Below are positions 46,562 to 58,967 of a stretch of 64,000 nucleotides of DNA, piece by piece. The notes beneath the pieces were generated by a model. That model was not told the origin of the DNA, made no database searches, and was given only the letters and a program-made list of their open reading frames with translations. Origin of the DNA: Eukaryota sp. GEM-RC1 (taxonomy: Eukaryota); contig JAUFOQ010000006.1 of NCBI GenBank assembly GCA_040285855.1, positions 682,001-746,000 on the forward strand. The letters are read 5' to 3'. Numbering within the stretch: position 1 is the stretch's first letter; each line of letters begins with the position of its first letter. The translations under genes were made by a program, and so were the position numbers.

Positions 46562-48771
46562 ATGACTTACTCGATCGATTCCATACGTATAGACTCGCCT
46601 TCAGATCGATCACATGTGGATGTACAGATCGATCTTACTACTGAAAAGATCTTGAACGCTCTTTCTAGTTATTCTCTACGTAAACTACCACAACATCAGC
46701 GATCTCATGTAGAGGAAGATCTCGATCACTGGTTTTCCAGACTCTTATCTCACAGTATTTCTCCAGAACTGTATGCTTTGCTGAAAACAAAGCAATTCCA
46801 GATCTGTGGTCCCTCAGCGTCATTCAATGCTTCTCTTCAACACTTCCTCTCTCTCCATCCTTCGTCCATTTCAGGTTGGTTGCTTCTGTTTGAATCCCAA
46901 CTTACCCAGTTCAATCATTTCGGCTTTTTCTCATCTCTTTCTCATAGTATAGCAGTCCTCAGAGCAATTAGAAATCCACAACCTTGGAGAACTCTTTCTG
47001 ATCTCATTTCCGATGCTCTTCTAAATAGCAATACTTCTGCATCTCACTGTTTTAACTACTTCATGTTATGGCTTTCCTCTTCTTTTGAGTTTGCTTTCAG
47101 AGCTCTCGTATCTGAAACTTACGATCGTTCCGCTCATGAAGAAGTCATTAGTTTCTTTCTCTCAATACTTGAAAATTTTACAAGTTTTGTTCAATTTAAT
47201 CGATCATTAGTTTCTGATGAGAATTACGCTCTGATCAATGTGTATCTTCAACTTTTTTCAGTCAAGGCAAGTCTTTTAGTGTTGACCTCATTTCTTGTTT
47301 GCAATCATGAGCTATCCAGTTTGATTTGCCCATCATTATTTGCTTCTATTTTCTTACAACTTACTAATGCTGAGTTCATTGTTCATGATTTTTGGAAATT
47401 TGGTATTGAAAATCCAAATACTACTTCAACTTCTATTCTATTACCACCTCCTGCTATCATTGTCTCTCGGATACTGGCATCGACTACCTCTCTGTTGGTA
47501 AAATATTCATGTGATTTGAAAGATTTTGAATGGATCAATTTGAAATTTTTAGCTTTCAGTTCTCCTAAAGCCATTCGAATTTTGTATTCATCAGGTAAAG
47601 CTCTTCAGTATCTTGATAAGTTTTCACCTATTCCTTCTAGAAGTTATCCAATCTCATCGATTTTGCAATCATTTTCTGATTGTTGTTTGACTTTCAGAGA
47701 CCTTTTCACTGTGTCGCAATTGAGTTTCACCAGTGCTGTACTTCAGTACAGTATTCCACATTTTCAAATATTCTCAATTTTACTCAAGACACCGTGTCAC
47801 ATGTTTCAGATATCGTCAAAAGTCATTTCGAACCAGTTTACAATCACGATACAATCAGATCAATATTTGATTCTGGCAGTCAGTTATTAAACTGTGGAAT
47901 TGAAAAACCTGAAAGTATTTCAAATTTGACTTTGATTCATTCTGTTATTTGCTTGCTAGCTATTGATCAAAAGAATTTCTTGGCTCAAAACGACGATTTT
48001 TCTCTTTGGATGGAAACATGTGTTGCTAACAACACATGTTCTTTGCCAAATTTAAATTTTTCCAACTCTTTTTCTCCAGAGTCTCTATTTTTGATTGGGT
48101 CTTGGTTGGTCAAGGAAAATTCTTCCCATGGATTGTTCTTTTTAGAGACAGCTGTCCACGTGCTAGCAACAATCAGTCACGATAACACATTTGGACTTGC
48201 CAAGAACACATTTGATTACTTGTTGGATTTAGATGGTAAGTCCACTGAGGTACAACTTCACTATTTTTTGAGCCAAACTCAAAAATTTTGTTCTTCTTAC
48301 ATTTTTCAAAATTTGAATTCACAAAACTGTGAGACATTTTTCGCATTTGCTTACAGTTTGTACTCGTTGTACAAGGAAAAATTCATCAAGCTGAAACCAT
48401 CATCAGTACTAGCTCAACAATGTCTTAAATATTTAAAATTTGCATATCTTCAACTCAAATCTTGTATCAATCTTTTTACTTCCCATTCTAGAATCCTCCT
48501 CTTAAACTTTCTAACAACTCTAGGTTCGTTCTTTGAAGGTCAAGTAGACAATATGAGTGGTGTGAACCATTCGTTTGGTCATGATACCATTGATCTAAAC
48601 CAGAGTATGAACTTTTCAACTTTTGAGTCTTTGTTGTTTCCAGAACATCGTAAGTTTAATAGCAGCTACTGTTCTCGTGCTGACATAAATGCGATGTCTC
48701 ATTGCAAAGATAGTGATAATCCGGATGGTCTCGCTTTTGAAACAGTTTTAAATTCATCCGAATTATTTTAG
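46562..48771 (+). CDS. Hypothetical alpha-helical protein, one apparent frameshift in 47680-47890
   Basis: Two long overlapping ORFs (442 and 363 aa) on the same strand; no recognisable motif. Confidence 0.55.
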
Positions 48772-49801
48772 TATTTATGTATCTTATTGCGGCCTATGTA
48801 TTTTCTGTTGTCTTTTAATCCTGAAACAGTGTTCGTGCTTCTGTTTTTACAGTCATTGTTCAACTTTATTTTTTGAAGAGCTTTTTGCTTTTGAAATGGT
48901 ATTTTGCTTCTAAGTATTGATTGTGAATTAATTTATCTTTGTATTATTGAAGAAATATTTTGGAACCTCCAGTGTTTAACATCTACTTTTCACCTAATAA
49001 ACCCAATTAAAACATACTTCACATCAGCGCCATAATATCTATAATGTCAGTGACAGTGAAGATGGGCTGAAACAATCTTGCTCATTTGTTTATGGATAGA
49101 GACAGTCATCAAGAAACTACATTGTATTATTGTAAAAAAACAAAGTAATATGTCAAAATGTAGTCTTTTACTTCCAATAATTTGACTAATTTCCAAAATT
49201 TGAAGTGTTGACTACACTGCTATATCTGTTTTGAACGAATTGCGAGAAGAGTTCGTCCGTGAAAACATTGATTTCAGATCGTTGTAGCCGATGTTAATTG
49301 AGGTTATATTTAGGAAAGTTTTGAACATCTATACAGTGCAATTTTATTTAGATATTGTTTTATATCAATTGATTCGATAAGTCATTGTTCTGCAAGTAAT
49401 TTCTGTAATTGATCAATCGGATTGGACAGACTGTCAGTTATCAACAAATAGGAGGGAATAACTATGATAAAGAAACTGTAACCCGTTTATACTTGTTCTA
49501 CAGCTACTTGTAAAGATACTGGGTCTTGTTTACTGTTTGAATACTTATTTTTGGTTGTCAATGTCCGGAGCTTATTCTTCATTCTCTAACATCAGTTGTT
49601 GTCATATATTTCCCTCAAGCGACATTCAAACAGCTATGTTGAATTTAACGTCATATAATAGATTTGTAGACTGTAATTGAGGTACTGTAACTTAAAAAAG
49701 AGTACTTTATCCCATAAACTTACACTAAAGAAAAAAAAATCAATGTACAGTAACTTATTGGTTTCATCCATTTAAAATTTTACAGTACATTTTTTGTCCA
49801 A

Positions 49802-52298
49802 ATGAACAGTGTCAACTTTAGCCTGTTTGCCAACACCAATATCGGCGACAATGCATACGTAGCAGGTTCTTGGAATCAATGGGCTCCTGTGGCTCTTCAA
49901 TACGATATTGATTCATCTTGCTGGACTGGAAAGATTCAGACATCTCTCCCAACCATTCAGTACAAATATGTCATTTCTGATGCTTGGGAATCGGGTGAAA
50001 ACCGAAAACGCGTCATTTCTCAACAATGTTCTCCTGACTATTGGCGTGATGACAACTTCAAGTACATTCCTAGCGTAGGTCCACCCTCTCCTCCCTTCTA
50101 ATGAACCAGAATCTATTACGCCAAATCATCCTGAAATACCATTGGTGAAATTTTCTAACGGGCTCTCACTTAGTCCATCATGGCTCCTGCAGTCTCTTTA
50201 TGAGTCAAAATCTCTTGCAGATGGTGTACTTGTGTTTCAAGAAGTAGAATATTGGGTCCATAAGTGCATTCTTGTAACAATCTCTGCTACATTAAAGAAA
50301 GTTTGGGACGATTCCGTACTCAGTCCTGATAGTGCATTTGAAAAGATTCAAATTCCATTCAATAATACGTTCAGCCCGTCTTTTAATGAACTCATTTCAG
50401 AAGAAACGTTTGAGAGCTTCATTAAAGTGATGTATGGTCAACCATTCACCTTAACCGTGGACAATGTATTCCAGTTCTTTTACTTGTCAAGATATTTAGA
50501 AATCCCAAGCATTCACAAGAAAGCGGAACAGTTCATTTCTCAACACGCGCATGATGAACTCTTTCTGCTCAGTCTCATTCAACAATGTGATACCGTTCAA
50601 GAAGATCACATGGTTACTCAAATTGCCCCCCTTTTAGAATTCGCAATATCTTCTGACTCTGAGCCTATTTCATTATCTGCTGATTGTTTCATCAATCTTT
50701 TGGTGGAATCTTTACTTCAAGACAGTGAAATCTGTATGTGGTTGGTGTCATCTCTATCAAAAAGTTTTCTTGACAAAAACTGGACAGCGGAGGAGCTGAA
50801 GATAGCATTGGCCAAGATTCCCATAACAAATTGCACAATGAAGTATTGGCATAGTGAATTCATAAGGCCACTGACAGAATCTGTAAGAGATCAAGATGTT
50901 CTTACCATCATTCAACAATTCACGTTTAACTCATTCATTGTCTTTGCTGAAAGTGGTCACGAGCTGTCCATTGCTCCAACTTCTGTATCCAATCAAACTC
51001 AACTTTTCAAACCCAAGGTCCTTTACATTACGCCAGAGTTCCCTCCTCAGATCAATGGAGGATTAGGTGAAGCGTCGTTCAATATTAGTAAGAGTTTGTG
51101 TGAGACTACAGATCTTCATCTAGTTATACCCCAGTTACCCACTGAGTCTGGTGTTTTTGAAACGTTTACTCCAAAGTCAATCATTTATATGGATGACGTG
51201 TTGGTCAGGGGTTATTACTCATATTCTCCAACTTGTTTGTCTGTTTCGTGTGTAAATTTGCAAGCCTACCGATCAGTTTATGGATACCCGTCAGTGTATC
51301 AGAATGTTGGCTCTTACACGATTGATCGTACACTTCAACAACAGTGCATTGATACTAATTTCGATGTGATTCACATTTCTGATTGGCTAACTGTTGATTC
51401 TGGAATTGCGTTGAAAAGAAAACAGGAAAACCTTTAGTTTTCCATGTCCACAGTCTAGAATCTGACAGGAATCCTTTCTCCCCAATTAAAAGCTTGATTG
51501 AAGCAGATCAACGAGGAATGAATGAGGCTGATGCTGTGCTCTGCGTGTCGCGTTACACTAAAAACTGTATTGCTCAGCAGTATAATGTGCCTCGTCAAAA
51601 GATACGCGTTGTTCATAATGGAGTTGGATTGTTAAGAAGTGGAGGTGATGGGTTTATATCTCGTCATGGAATTCCTGAGAACAAAAAGGTTGTCTTGTTT
51701 GTTGGTAGATTGGTAGATCAAAAGGGGGTTTGTTCAGTCACGTTTCTAATCATAGGTTTCTCATTTCTTGGAAATATGCCGACAATTGTTGCAGAAGTCC
51801 AATAACTATTGCTTTGTTGTGGCTGGTACTGGACCTTTGGAAACGTGGATGAAGGAACAAGTTCAGAGTCATGGTATAACTGAACATGTCTTTCTACTTG
51901 GATTTCTTTCTAGAGAAGAGACCACAAATGCATTCTCAACAGCAGATGTGTTCCTTATGCCATCAGAGTCTGACCCTTTTGGTCTGGTAGCATTGGAATC
52001 GTCCATCTTGGGATGTCCAGTTATCATTAGTTCTAAATCTGGAGCTGCTGAAGTACTGCCTTCTGCAATCAAATGTGATCCTTCTGATATTGTTGCATGG
52101 GTAGAGAACGTAGAAAGAATTCTATCTGACAATGTTTTCCGTAAGAAGTACTGTAAATCTTTAAGAAGAGAAGCTAAGAAGTGTTCATGGGATCAATGCA
52201 CAGCTGGAATTCTAGACTGCTATAGAGTTGTTTGTTGGCCTGTACAAGTGCAGATCTGTGGAATATTCCAAATACAATTATGTTTCAAGTTTTTCTGA
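49802..52298 (+). CDS. CBM20-BTB-GT4 glycosyltransferase fusion; intron 51728-51755 and apparent frameshifts at ~50094 and ~51420
   Basis: CBM20-like YVAGSWNQW...QYKYVI..WESGENR. BTB ADGVL...YWVHKCIL...FESFIKVMYG...DNVFQFFYLSRYLEI. GT4 EFPPQINGGLG, DVIHISDW, PLVFHVHS, VVHNGV, FVGRL..QKG, MPSESDPFGLVALES. Confidence 0.8.
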
Positions 52299-52392
52299 TG
52301 TCAACACCTAGGCAAATAGTACCAATCAAATTGTAGTTGAGGTCAAACAGCCAATCAAATTAGTTAGATGCACAAAACGACTGTTCTATAGT

Positions 52393-53045
52393 TAGGGATG
52401 GGCGAACTCCAACTCGACTTCACTCAACTCGTAGAAATTATAGAACTCCAACTCGACTTCACTCCAACTCAAGTCACTTGTAGACTTCACTTCACACAAG
52501 TTTGTTGAAATTTTGTCTTTATAAAAGTCCTCTCATTTGACGCTTTTGGCACTTCTTCCAGGTATACACAACGGTGACTCAATGATGTGTTTCGATTCAC
52601 ACTAAAACAAATACTGTTAGATCTCCACAGTGATGATGTCATCACAATGACTCTAATTTTTTTAAGAAAATTTCACTGGTTACTAAAGAAGAGTTTCCGA
52701 AGTAAATTCAAAAACTGTGTTCAGAATTTGGTAAGAAGTTTACACAGGTCTTACAGGACGATATTTTTAACTTTTTGACCCTTTAAACGAAAGTATAGAT
52801 AAGTGTATTTCTTTTTGGTCAATGATAACTACAAATAGTGTAACTCCCCCTTGATATAGGAGTTTTTTGTAAATTATGCGCAATACATAATTAGGAATGC
52901 TAATGAAGTAGCAAGTTTCACTCCAACTCGACTTACTCGTAAAATTCTGACAAAACTCCAACTCGACTCCAACTCGTAGAAATTTGGAGTGAAGTGGAGT
53001 TTGGAGTCTTGGAGTAGAACTCCAGTGGAGTTTTGCCCATCCCTA
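52393..53045. mobile_element. hAT-like MITE
   Basis: TIR TAGGGATGGGC at both ends. Perfect 8-bp TSD TCTATAGT (52385-52392, 53046-53053). ACTCCAACTCGAC subterminal repeats. Confidence 0.92.
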
Positions 53046-54195
53046 TCTATAGTACATGTCCGAAATTACTCTTCCACATTTGGTCTTGTACGAGTTACAT
53101 GTTCAAATCAGCGATCCAGTCCACTATTGGTTATTTCAAATATTTTAAATGTTTATGGAAAGTGCGCTTTGAATCAAATTTCTTGTTCGTTCATGTTTTG
53201 TTGTTGGGAATTGTTCTCAAGACAATTTATGGTCAGAACGAGGATCCCTTGTGTTTATCAACAATTGCTCAATTTTTTTTCTCTGAATGCGTTCCTTCTG
53301 ATGCTGATGATTACTACCAGAATTGCATCGTTGAAAAGTCACAGTGTAACGTCCGAGTATTGAAGGGCTCAGCAAATTGTCTTTATAAGTTCAAAATAGT
53401 TCATTTGAATGGCAACAAGCACTACAAAACTATGAAATGGCGGTAGAAGCAGGGTGTTTATGAATACCCAATTAAACTAAGAATTCTGGCTGCAGTAATG
53501 TATGTCTGATTTCAATTCACCTCAAGACTGACCTCTGTGTATAAAAAAGGGGTTCTCACTCTTGTCCTTTGCAAAACCCAATTTTGATTATCAAAAAATT
53601 GATTAATGTTTTTGGCATAGTGATTCTATAGAGAGACATGCAGATACAGTTGTTTCGAATATACAAACATATATGTTACAATACATAGTGGAATGAAGAC
53701 AATACACTGCATTATGCAATTCAGCTTACTGAATCTGGAAACTACATTTATAGATACATTTGTGTAAACATGAAGATCCATTTACTTCAGTGAATACAAG
53801 AATGTCAGAAGCCAATTTCCTGGACTAGTATAGTAAGTCAGCAAGACAAAGGACGTAGTTAAACAAAACGCGAATGACATGATATGGTTTGACCAGAACA
53901 TTTTGAAGATGCAATTAATTGCTGGTCCACGTTTGAAAGCAGACCGTAACTTCGGACAATGGTTCAAAACAACCAAAATCACACGAATTCTTGACCATTA
54001 AAGATTTGCTCAGAATTGTATCCAAAAAGGAAAGCAAGTGAGAGGAGAGGGCTTGCTGTGTGAGTACGCGTGATGTAAAACGTGAAACGAATGTATAGGT
54101 ATAGGAAGATGACGACAAGTGGTTCAGTTCATATATTCTTTTGTTCTTGTCTGGAGGAGAAAAATCGGGATCACTTTTGCAATTGCTATCAGATC

Positions 54196-55885
54196 ATGTC
54201 ATCTGCTTTCAAAGGTATCAAACAGTTTTTGAAAACTTTCTTCGAACGAGACGTCCAGTTCATTTTGTATGCCACCACCACCAATGGAGAAAGCGTACAG
54301 GTAGCAGGCTCTTGGAATGACTGGAAAGTTCCATTGGATCTCGAATACAACAGAGATTCATCATGCTGGATTGGAACGATTCGCACAAATTTTTTAACGG
54401 TTGAATACAAATACATCATTTGCCCTGGAAACGAGCGGTACTGGGAATCTGGCCAAAATCGCGAACGAGTTGTCTCTGCACAATGTTCTCCTGACTACTG
54501 GTGTGACGAAAACTTCAAATACGACCGTTGCCTTGACAAAGATTCTTCTTCAGATTCCAATGAGCTTGTTGATGAGTCCAAAGATTCACTTGATGATGGA
54601 GATCCTTCAGTCTCTCATTCGACCCGTTCTTTATCCGCTGATGAGAAACTTTCCCACCTCAAGGTCCTTTACATTACGCCAGAGTTCCCTCCCCAGATCA
54701 ATGGAGGTTTAGGTGAAGCTTCGTTTAACATTTGTAAGAGTTTGTGTAAGACAACAGATCTTCATCTAGTTATACCCAAGTTACCCACTGAGTCTACTGT
54801 TTTTGATGCGTTTACTCCAAAGTCGACTATTTATATGGATGACGGGGATATTCAAACATTTTCGTTATTCTCATTGACGTACTTATCTTCCTCTTCGTCG
54901 TATCGCAATGCCTACCGATGTATACACGGATGTCCTCCACAGTTCAAGAACATGGCCTCTTATGTGATTGATGATTCTCTGCAACAACAATGCATTGATA
55001 CTAATTTCGATGTGATTCACGTTTCTGATTGGATTACTGTTGATTCTGGGATTGCGTTGAAAAGAAAACAGGAAAACCATTAGTTTTCCACGTCCACAGT
55101 CTAGAATCTGATAGGAATCCTGTAAACCCAATTAAATGTTTGACTGAAACTGAACAGCGAGGAATGGGTGAAGCTGATGCTGTGATTGTTGTTTCACGTT
55201 ACACCAAGGAATCTATTGCTAAAAACTACAATGTCTCTCCACAAAAGATACATGTTGTTCACAATGGCGTGGTATTGATTGAATCTGAAATCAATGGATT
55301 TAGATGTCGTCATGCAATTCCTGAGAACAAAAAGGTCGTGTTGTTTGTAGGAAGACTAGCACATCAAAAGGGGGTTTGTTCAGTCGTGTTGTTTAATCTT
55401 AGGTTGCTCATTTCTTGGAAATTTGCCGGCAATTGTTGCAGAAGTCAAAACACTATTGCTTTGTTGTGGCTGGTACTGGACCTTTGGAAACGTGGATGAA
55501 GACCCAACTTTAGAGTCATGGTATAGGTGAACATGTCTTTCTACTTGGATTTCTCTCTAGATAAGAGACCACAAATGCTTTCTCAACAGCAGATGTGTTC
55601 CTAATGCCGTCAGAGTCTGAGCCATTTGGTCTGGTAGCATTGGAATCATCCATCTTGGGATGTCCAGTTATCATGAGCTCTAAATCTGGAGCTGCTGAAG
55701 TACTTCCGTCTGCAATCAAATGTGATCCTTCTGATATTGTTGCGTGGGTAGAGAACGTAGAAAGAATTCTATCTGACAATGTTTTCCGTAAGAAGTACTG
55801 TAAATCTTTAAGAAGAGAAGCTAAGAAGTGTTCATGGGATCAATGTACAGCTGGAATTCTGGACTGTTATAGAGCTGTTTGTTGA
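54196..55885 (+). pseudogene. CBM20-GT4 glycosyltransferase paralog without BTB; intron 55374-55402, frameshift ~55066, in-frame TAG (55511) and TAA (55562)
   Basis: VQVAGSWNDW...VEYKYII...WESGQNR, then a GT4 region collinear with 50990-52240. The stops align to CAG and GAA of the paralog. Confidence 0.75.
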
Positions 55886-56065
55886 GTACTATATGTTCAG
55901 TCAGTTGGTATATACATTTTGTACATTTGATCAACTGTTTTAATACCGCATCCACATGTGATAATTTGCTCCAAAAGTGGGTTTTTGGAGTCTTCTTATT
56001 TACCTTTTGAAGTTAGAGTAAAAAAATCAAACAGAAATTGTACTTCTAGTTTGAGTAAAAATTAG

Positions 56066-56335
56066 ACTAAACAACTAAAATTTGATGTCATTCAAACAAC
56101 ACCCGTCGCCATCAAATCTTACAACAGCTTTGTCCTCATAAAAGGAAATCACAGCTAATACAGTTTTGGAGATGATTAGGGGAATTGTTTTCAAAAATCG
56201 TAAAAACGATACGATTCAACCATAACATATGATCAAAACGTTTGTTCATCTTTTTGTTCACGATTTTACCGAAATCGTTCAAAAATTCAAGGTACTTTTT
56301 CCAAGCGTTCGTAACTTGGAACAGCAAAGGGCATA
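56066..56335 (-). mobile_element. 3' fragment of a third RLE-type retroelement family (C)
   Basis: FLNDFGKIV..RFDHMLWLNRIVF, homologous to the family A/B C-termini; second copy at 61295-61562. Confidence 0.7.
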
Positions 56336-56378
56336 ATTCGTATTCAAAAACCAAATTTGCTATTGATTAATCTAACAG

Positions 56379-58470
56379 ATGTACTTTCTTCTATTCCTTC
56401 TCCTGATAGTAATCTGTAGCTCCAACAGTCTGTTCTGGGGCACATATAAACCTGGACACTATTTCGGAGTTAGGTCCAGAATTCCAGACAGCATTCATTT
56501 TGGGCTTTCATGGATGTCTCTAACTGATCCTCAGGCTCTTACACGCATCAGACATGAGTGTACCACTTCCGATGTAGATTCTGGTATCCACTTCACCTAC
56601 AAAGAGCACGATCTTTACAACTATGCTATCGAAGAAATCCTTGATTCCCAATTTAACGTCAACATCACCATTATCTTCACTAAACTGGACAAGGGAGAAG
56701 AATGGAATGTTCACATTGAATCTTCTCCTCTCGATCCCTCCAAGGAAGCACATGTTATCTCTTTCTTCCCTTACATACGAGCTCCTTCCCCTGTCACTCT
56801 ACGTCCTCACGTTCTATCCAATGGTATCACTTCCCCAGTTGCCTATTTTAGTCAAGATTCTACTGAGTATTTCCTTGTGCTAGTCAGTGGAGATCAAATT
56901 AGTTTTGATCTCACCGACTTTCCTTCTGGATCGGAATCAATGTTCAGTCAAGTTTTAGCTAACATGATTGTTGGAGATTCAAAAGGTAAGAAACCTGTTA
57001 CTGGTCTTTTGGAGAGCAAATTTAAAAAATCTGGCAATTTTTTCGTTGGTCAAGTTTTAGCCCGCGGCTCAGCTTCTTTGACATTCTTTTCTTTAAAAAA
57101 CAGGATAATCTCTTTTTATCCAACGATATCATTTCAAGTCGACTTATTCAACAACAAGGTCTTGTCCTAACACATTCACGATCATTCAACCAAAAATTCG
57201 ATGAAACCTACTCTCTAGCTCCCCAATACAGATCTACTGGTAAGCTTGCTCTTTCTAATCTCTTTGGTGGTCTTGGTTATTGGTATGGTCATTCAACTGT
57301 TTCTCAAAGGACTCGTAAGGGATCAACTTCCTTGTATACTACGCCTGACCACTCTCATTTTGGATTCTCTCCTAGTAGAAGTTCTTTCCCCCGCGGGTTT
57401 GTTTGGGATGATGGATTTCATTTGATGGTGGCGATTAAATTCGACCCCATGATTGCAATCGAGGTTCTTGATTCATGGGTGTCGTTGATTGATGATGACG
57501 GTTGGTTGGCACGTGAACAGATTCTGGGACCTGAGTCACAGCATCGAGTTCCAAGTGAATTTAGAGTGCAGCATAAACATGTGTCGAATCCCCCAGCTCT
57601 GATTTTACCGATGATTGAATTATTAAAAATTTACAAGTCAGGAGATCTAGACAGTGACGTAAACGACTTAATCCGCGAGAAACTTAGTAATTGGATTCAC
57701 CCGATGTTCTTACATTTAAAACAATTCAAAAAGAATTGTTTTAAAAAGGTTCTTGGAAATGGCCTGATCGTAGTCCAGATCATTGCCTTTCTAGTGGGCT
57801 CGATGATTATCCACGAGGACGCACTGTTCATGACAACGATGCACACGTGGACCTTTCATCTTGGATGTGTTGGGCATTTGAAAAATTATCACAAATTTCA
57901 AATGAAGTTGGCGGTGAGGAGATTGTTGTGCCAAAGGTTTTAAATAATTGCAAAGCTGATTTAAACCAGTTTTGGTCAGAAAAGAGATCGTTTTTCGGTG
58001 ATTTATGGGGAGGGAAAGAAGATGGCAAAACTGTGGCCATTCCCCATCATGGATACGTTGGTTTGTTTCCATTAATGTTGTGTCAACTCGATGAAAATGA
58101 TGAAAAAATTGATAAGATTTTAAATATCGTTGCTGATCCCGAGAAACTTTTTTCAGTTGGCGGAATTCGTTCTCTTTCTAAAAAATCTAAATATTTTGGA
58201 TCTGGTGAGGACTATTGGTGCGGTCCGGTTTGGATCAATATGAATTACTTGTTGTTACAATCTTTAAAGAATTGCTATTGGTCTAATGTTAATGCTAGAC
58301 AAGTCTATGCGGATTTACGGGATAATGTTGTATCAAATATTCATGAAAATTTAAAAACATCTGGTTGGTTTTGGGAGCAGTATAATGGAATTACTGGAAA
58401 AGGACAAAAGAACAAACCATTTACTGGGTGGACCGCTTTAGTTTTGAATATTTTATCTGAAGAATATTAA
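56379..58470 (+). CDS. MOGS: Mannosyl-oligosaccharide glucosidase I (GH63), two apparent -1 frameshifts (57095-57100, 57743-57747)
   Basis: LFWGTYKPGHYFG, reconstructed ALSNLFGGLGYWYG, PSRSSFPRGFVWDDGFH, GWLAREQILG, SGLDDYPR, YWCGPVWINMNY, FWEQY, PFTGWTAL. Confidence 0.92.
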
Positions 58471-58562
58471 ATATTTCAAATATCAATTTTTTTTCCCGAA
58501 AGGGCGGAGTATCTATTTATTCATTTATTGTTCGCTATAAACAACCTGTAACTTCCTTAAAC

Positions 58563-58666
58563 CATAGCTGAAAAATACAAATTCTGTTTATTTTGTTTTA
58601 TAACTATTTTTTCTAAAGTGTATTTTTGTTTTTTAGAGCACGTGTTGCTTGTATTTGACAGTTATG
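58563..58666. mobile_element. 104-bp hAT-like MITE related to the 20201-20920 family
   Basis: Ends CATAGCTGAAAAATACAA and inverted CATAACTGTCAAATACAA. Perfect 8-bp TSD CCTTAAAC (58555-58562, 58667-58674). Confidence 0.8.
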
Positions 58667-58967
58667 CCTTAAACCCCCAGTTTTGTTCATTATATTTACA
58701 ATAAAATGAATTCTGTTCACTACACAGTCTATGCTCTGAATAGTGATACCCTTGAAATAGTGACTTTAAGAATCTAACAATAATTATCTTGTTCAAATGG
58801 GTGGGACGGCACACCATCTTTTGCCACGTCATCGATATAGTAGTAATAGTCTCAGGTGTGTCACTATTCAGCGATTAAGCAGAATCCAATGGTATGTCTC
58901 TTTCTATTCTATATTGACTGATATATCTTTTGTATAAAAAAAAATATATCTAACATCATGTGCAGAC

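Noticed and set aside
51411..51437. Euplotes-style +1 frameshifting at AAA-stop
   Set aside because: The breaks mostly need -1 and the stops are several codons away from the A-runs.
52405..53030. ACTCCAACTCGAC and GACTC arrays as possible iterons or regulatory sites
   Set aside because: They lie just inside TIRs bounded by 8-bp TSDs, so they are MITE subterminal repeats.
154..55564. Stop-codon reassignment suggested by in-frame stops at 154-156, 24611-24613, 55511 and 55562
   Set aside because: They align to different residues (Leu, Leu, Gln, Glu), occur only in duplicated or TE sequence, and TAA/TAG/TGA terminate intact genes.
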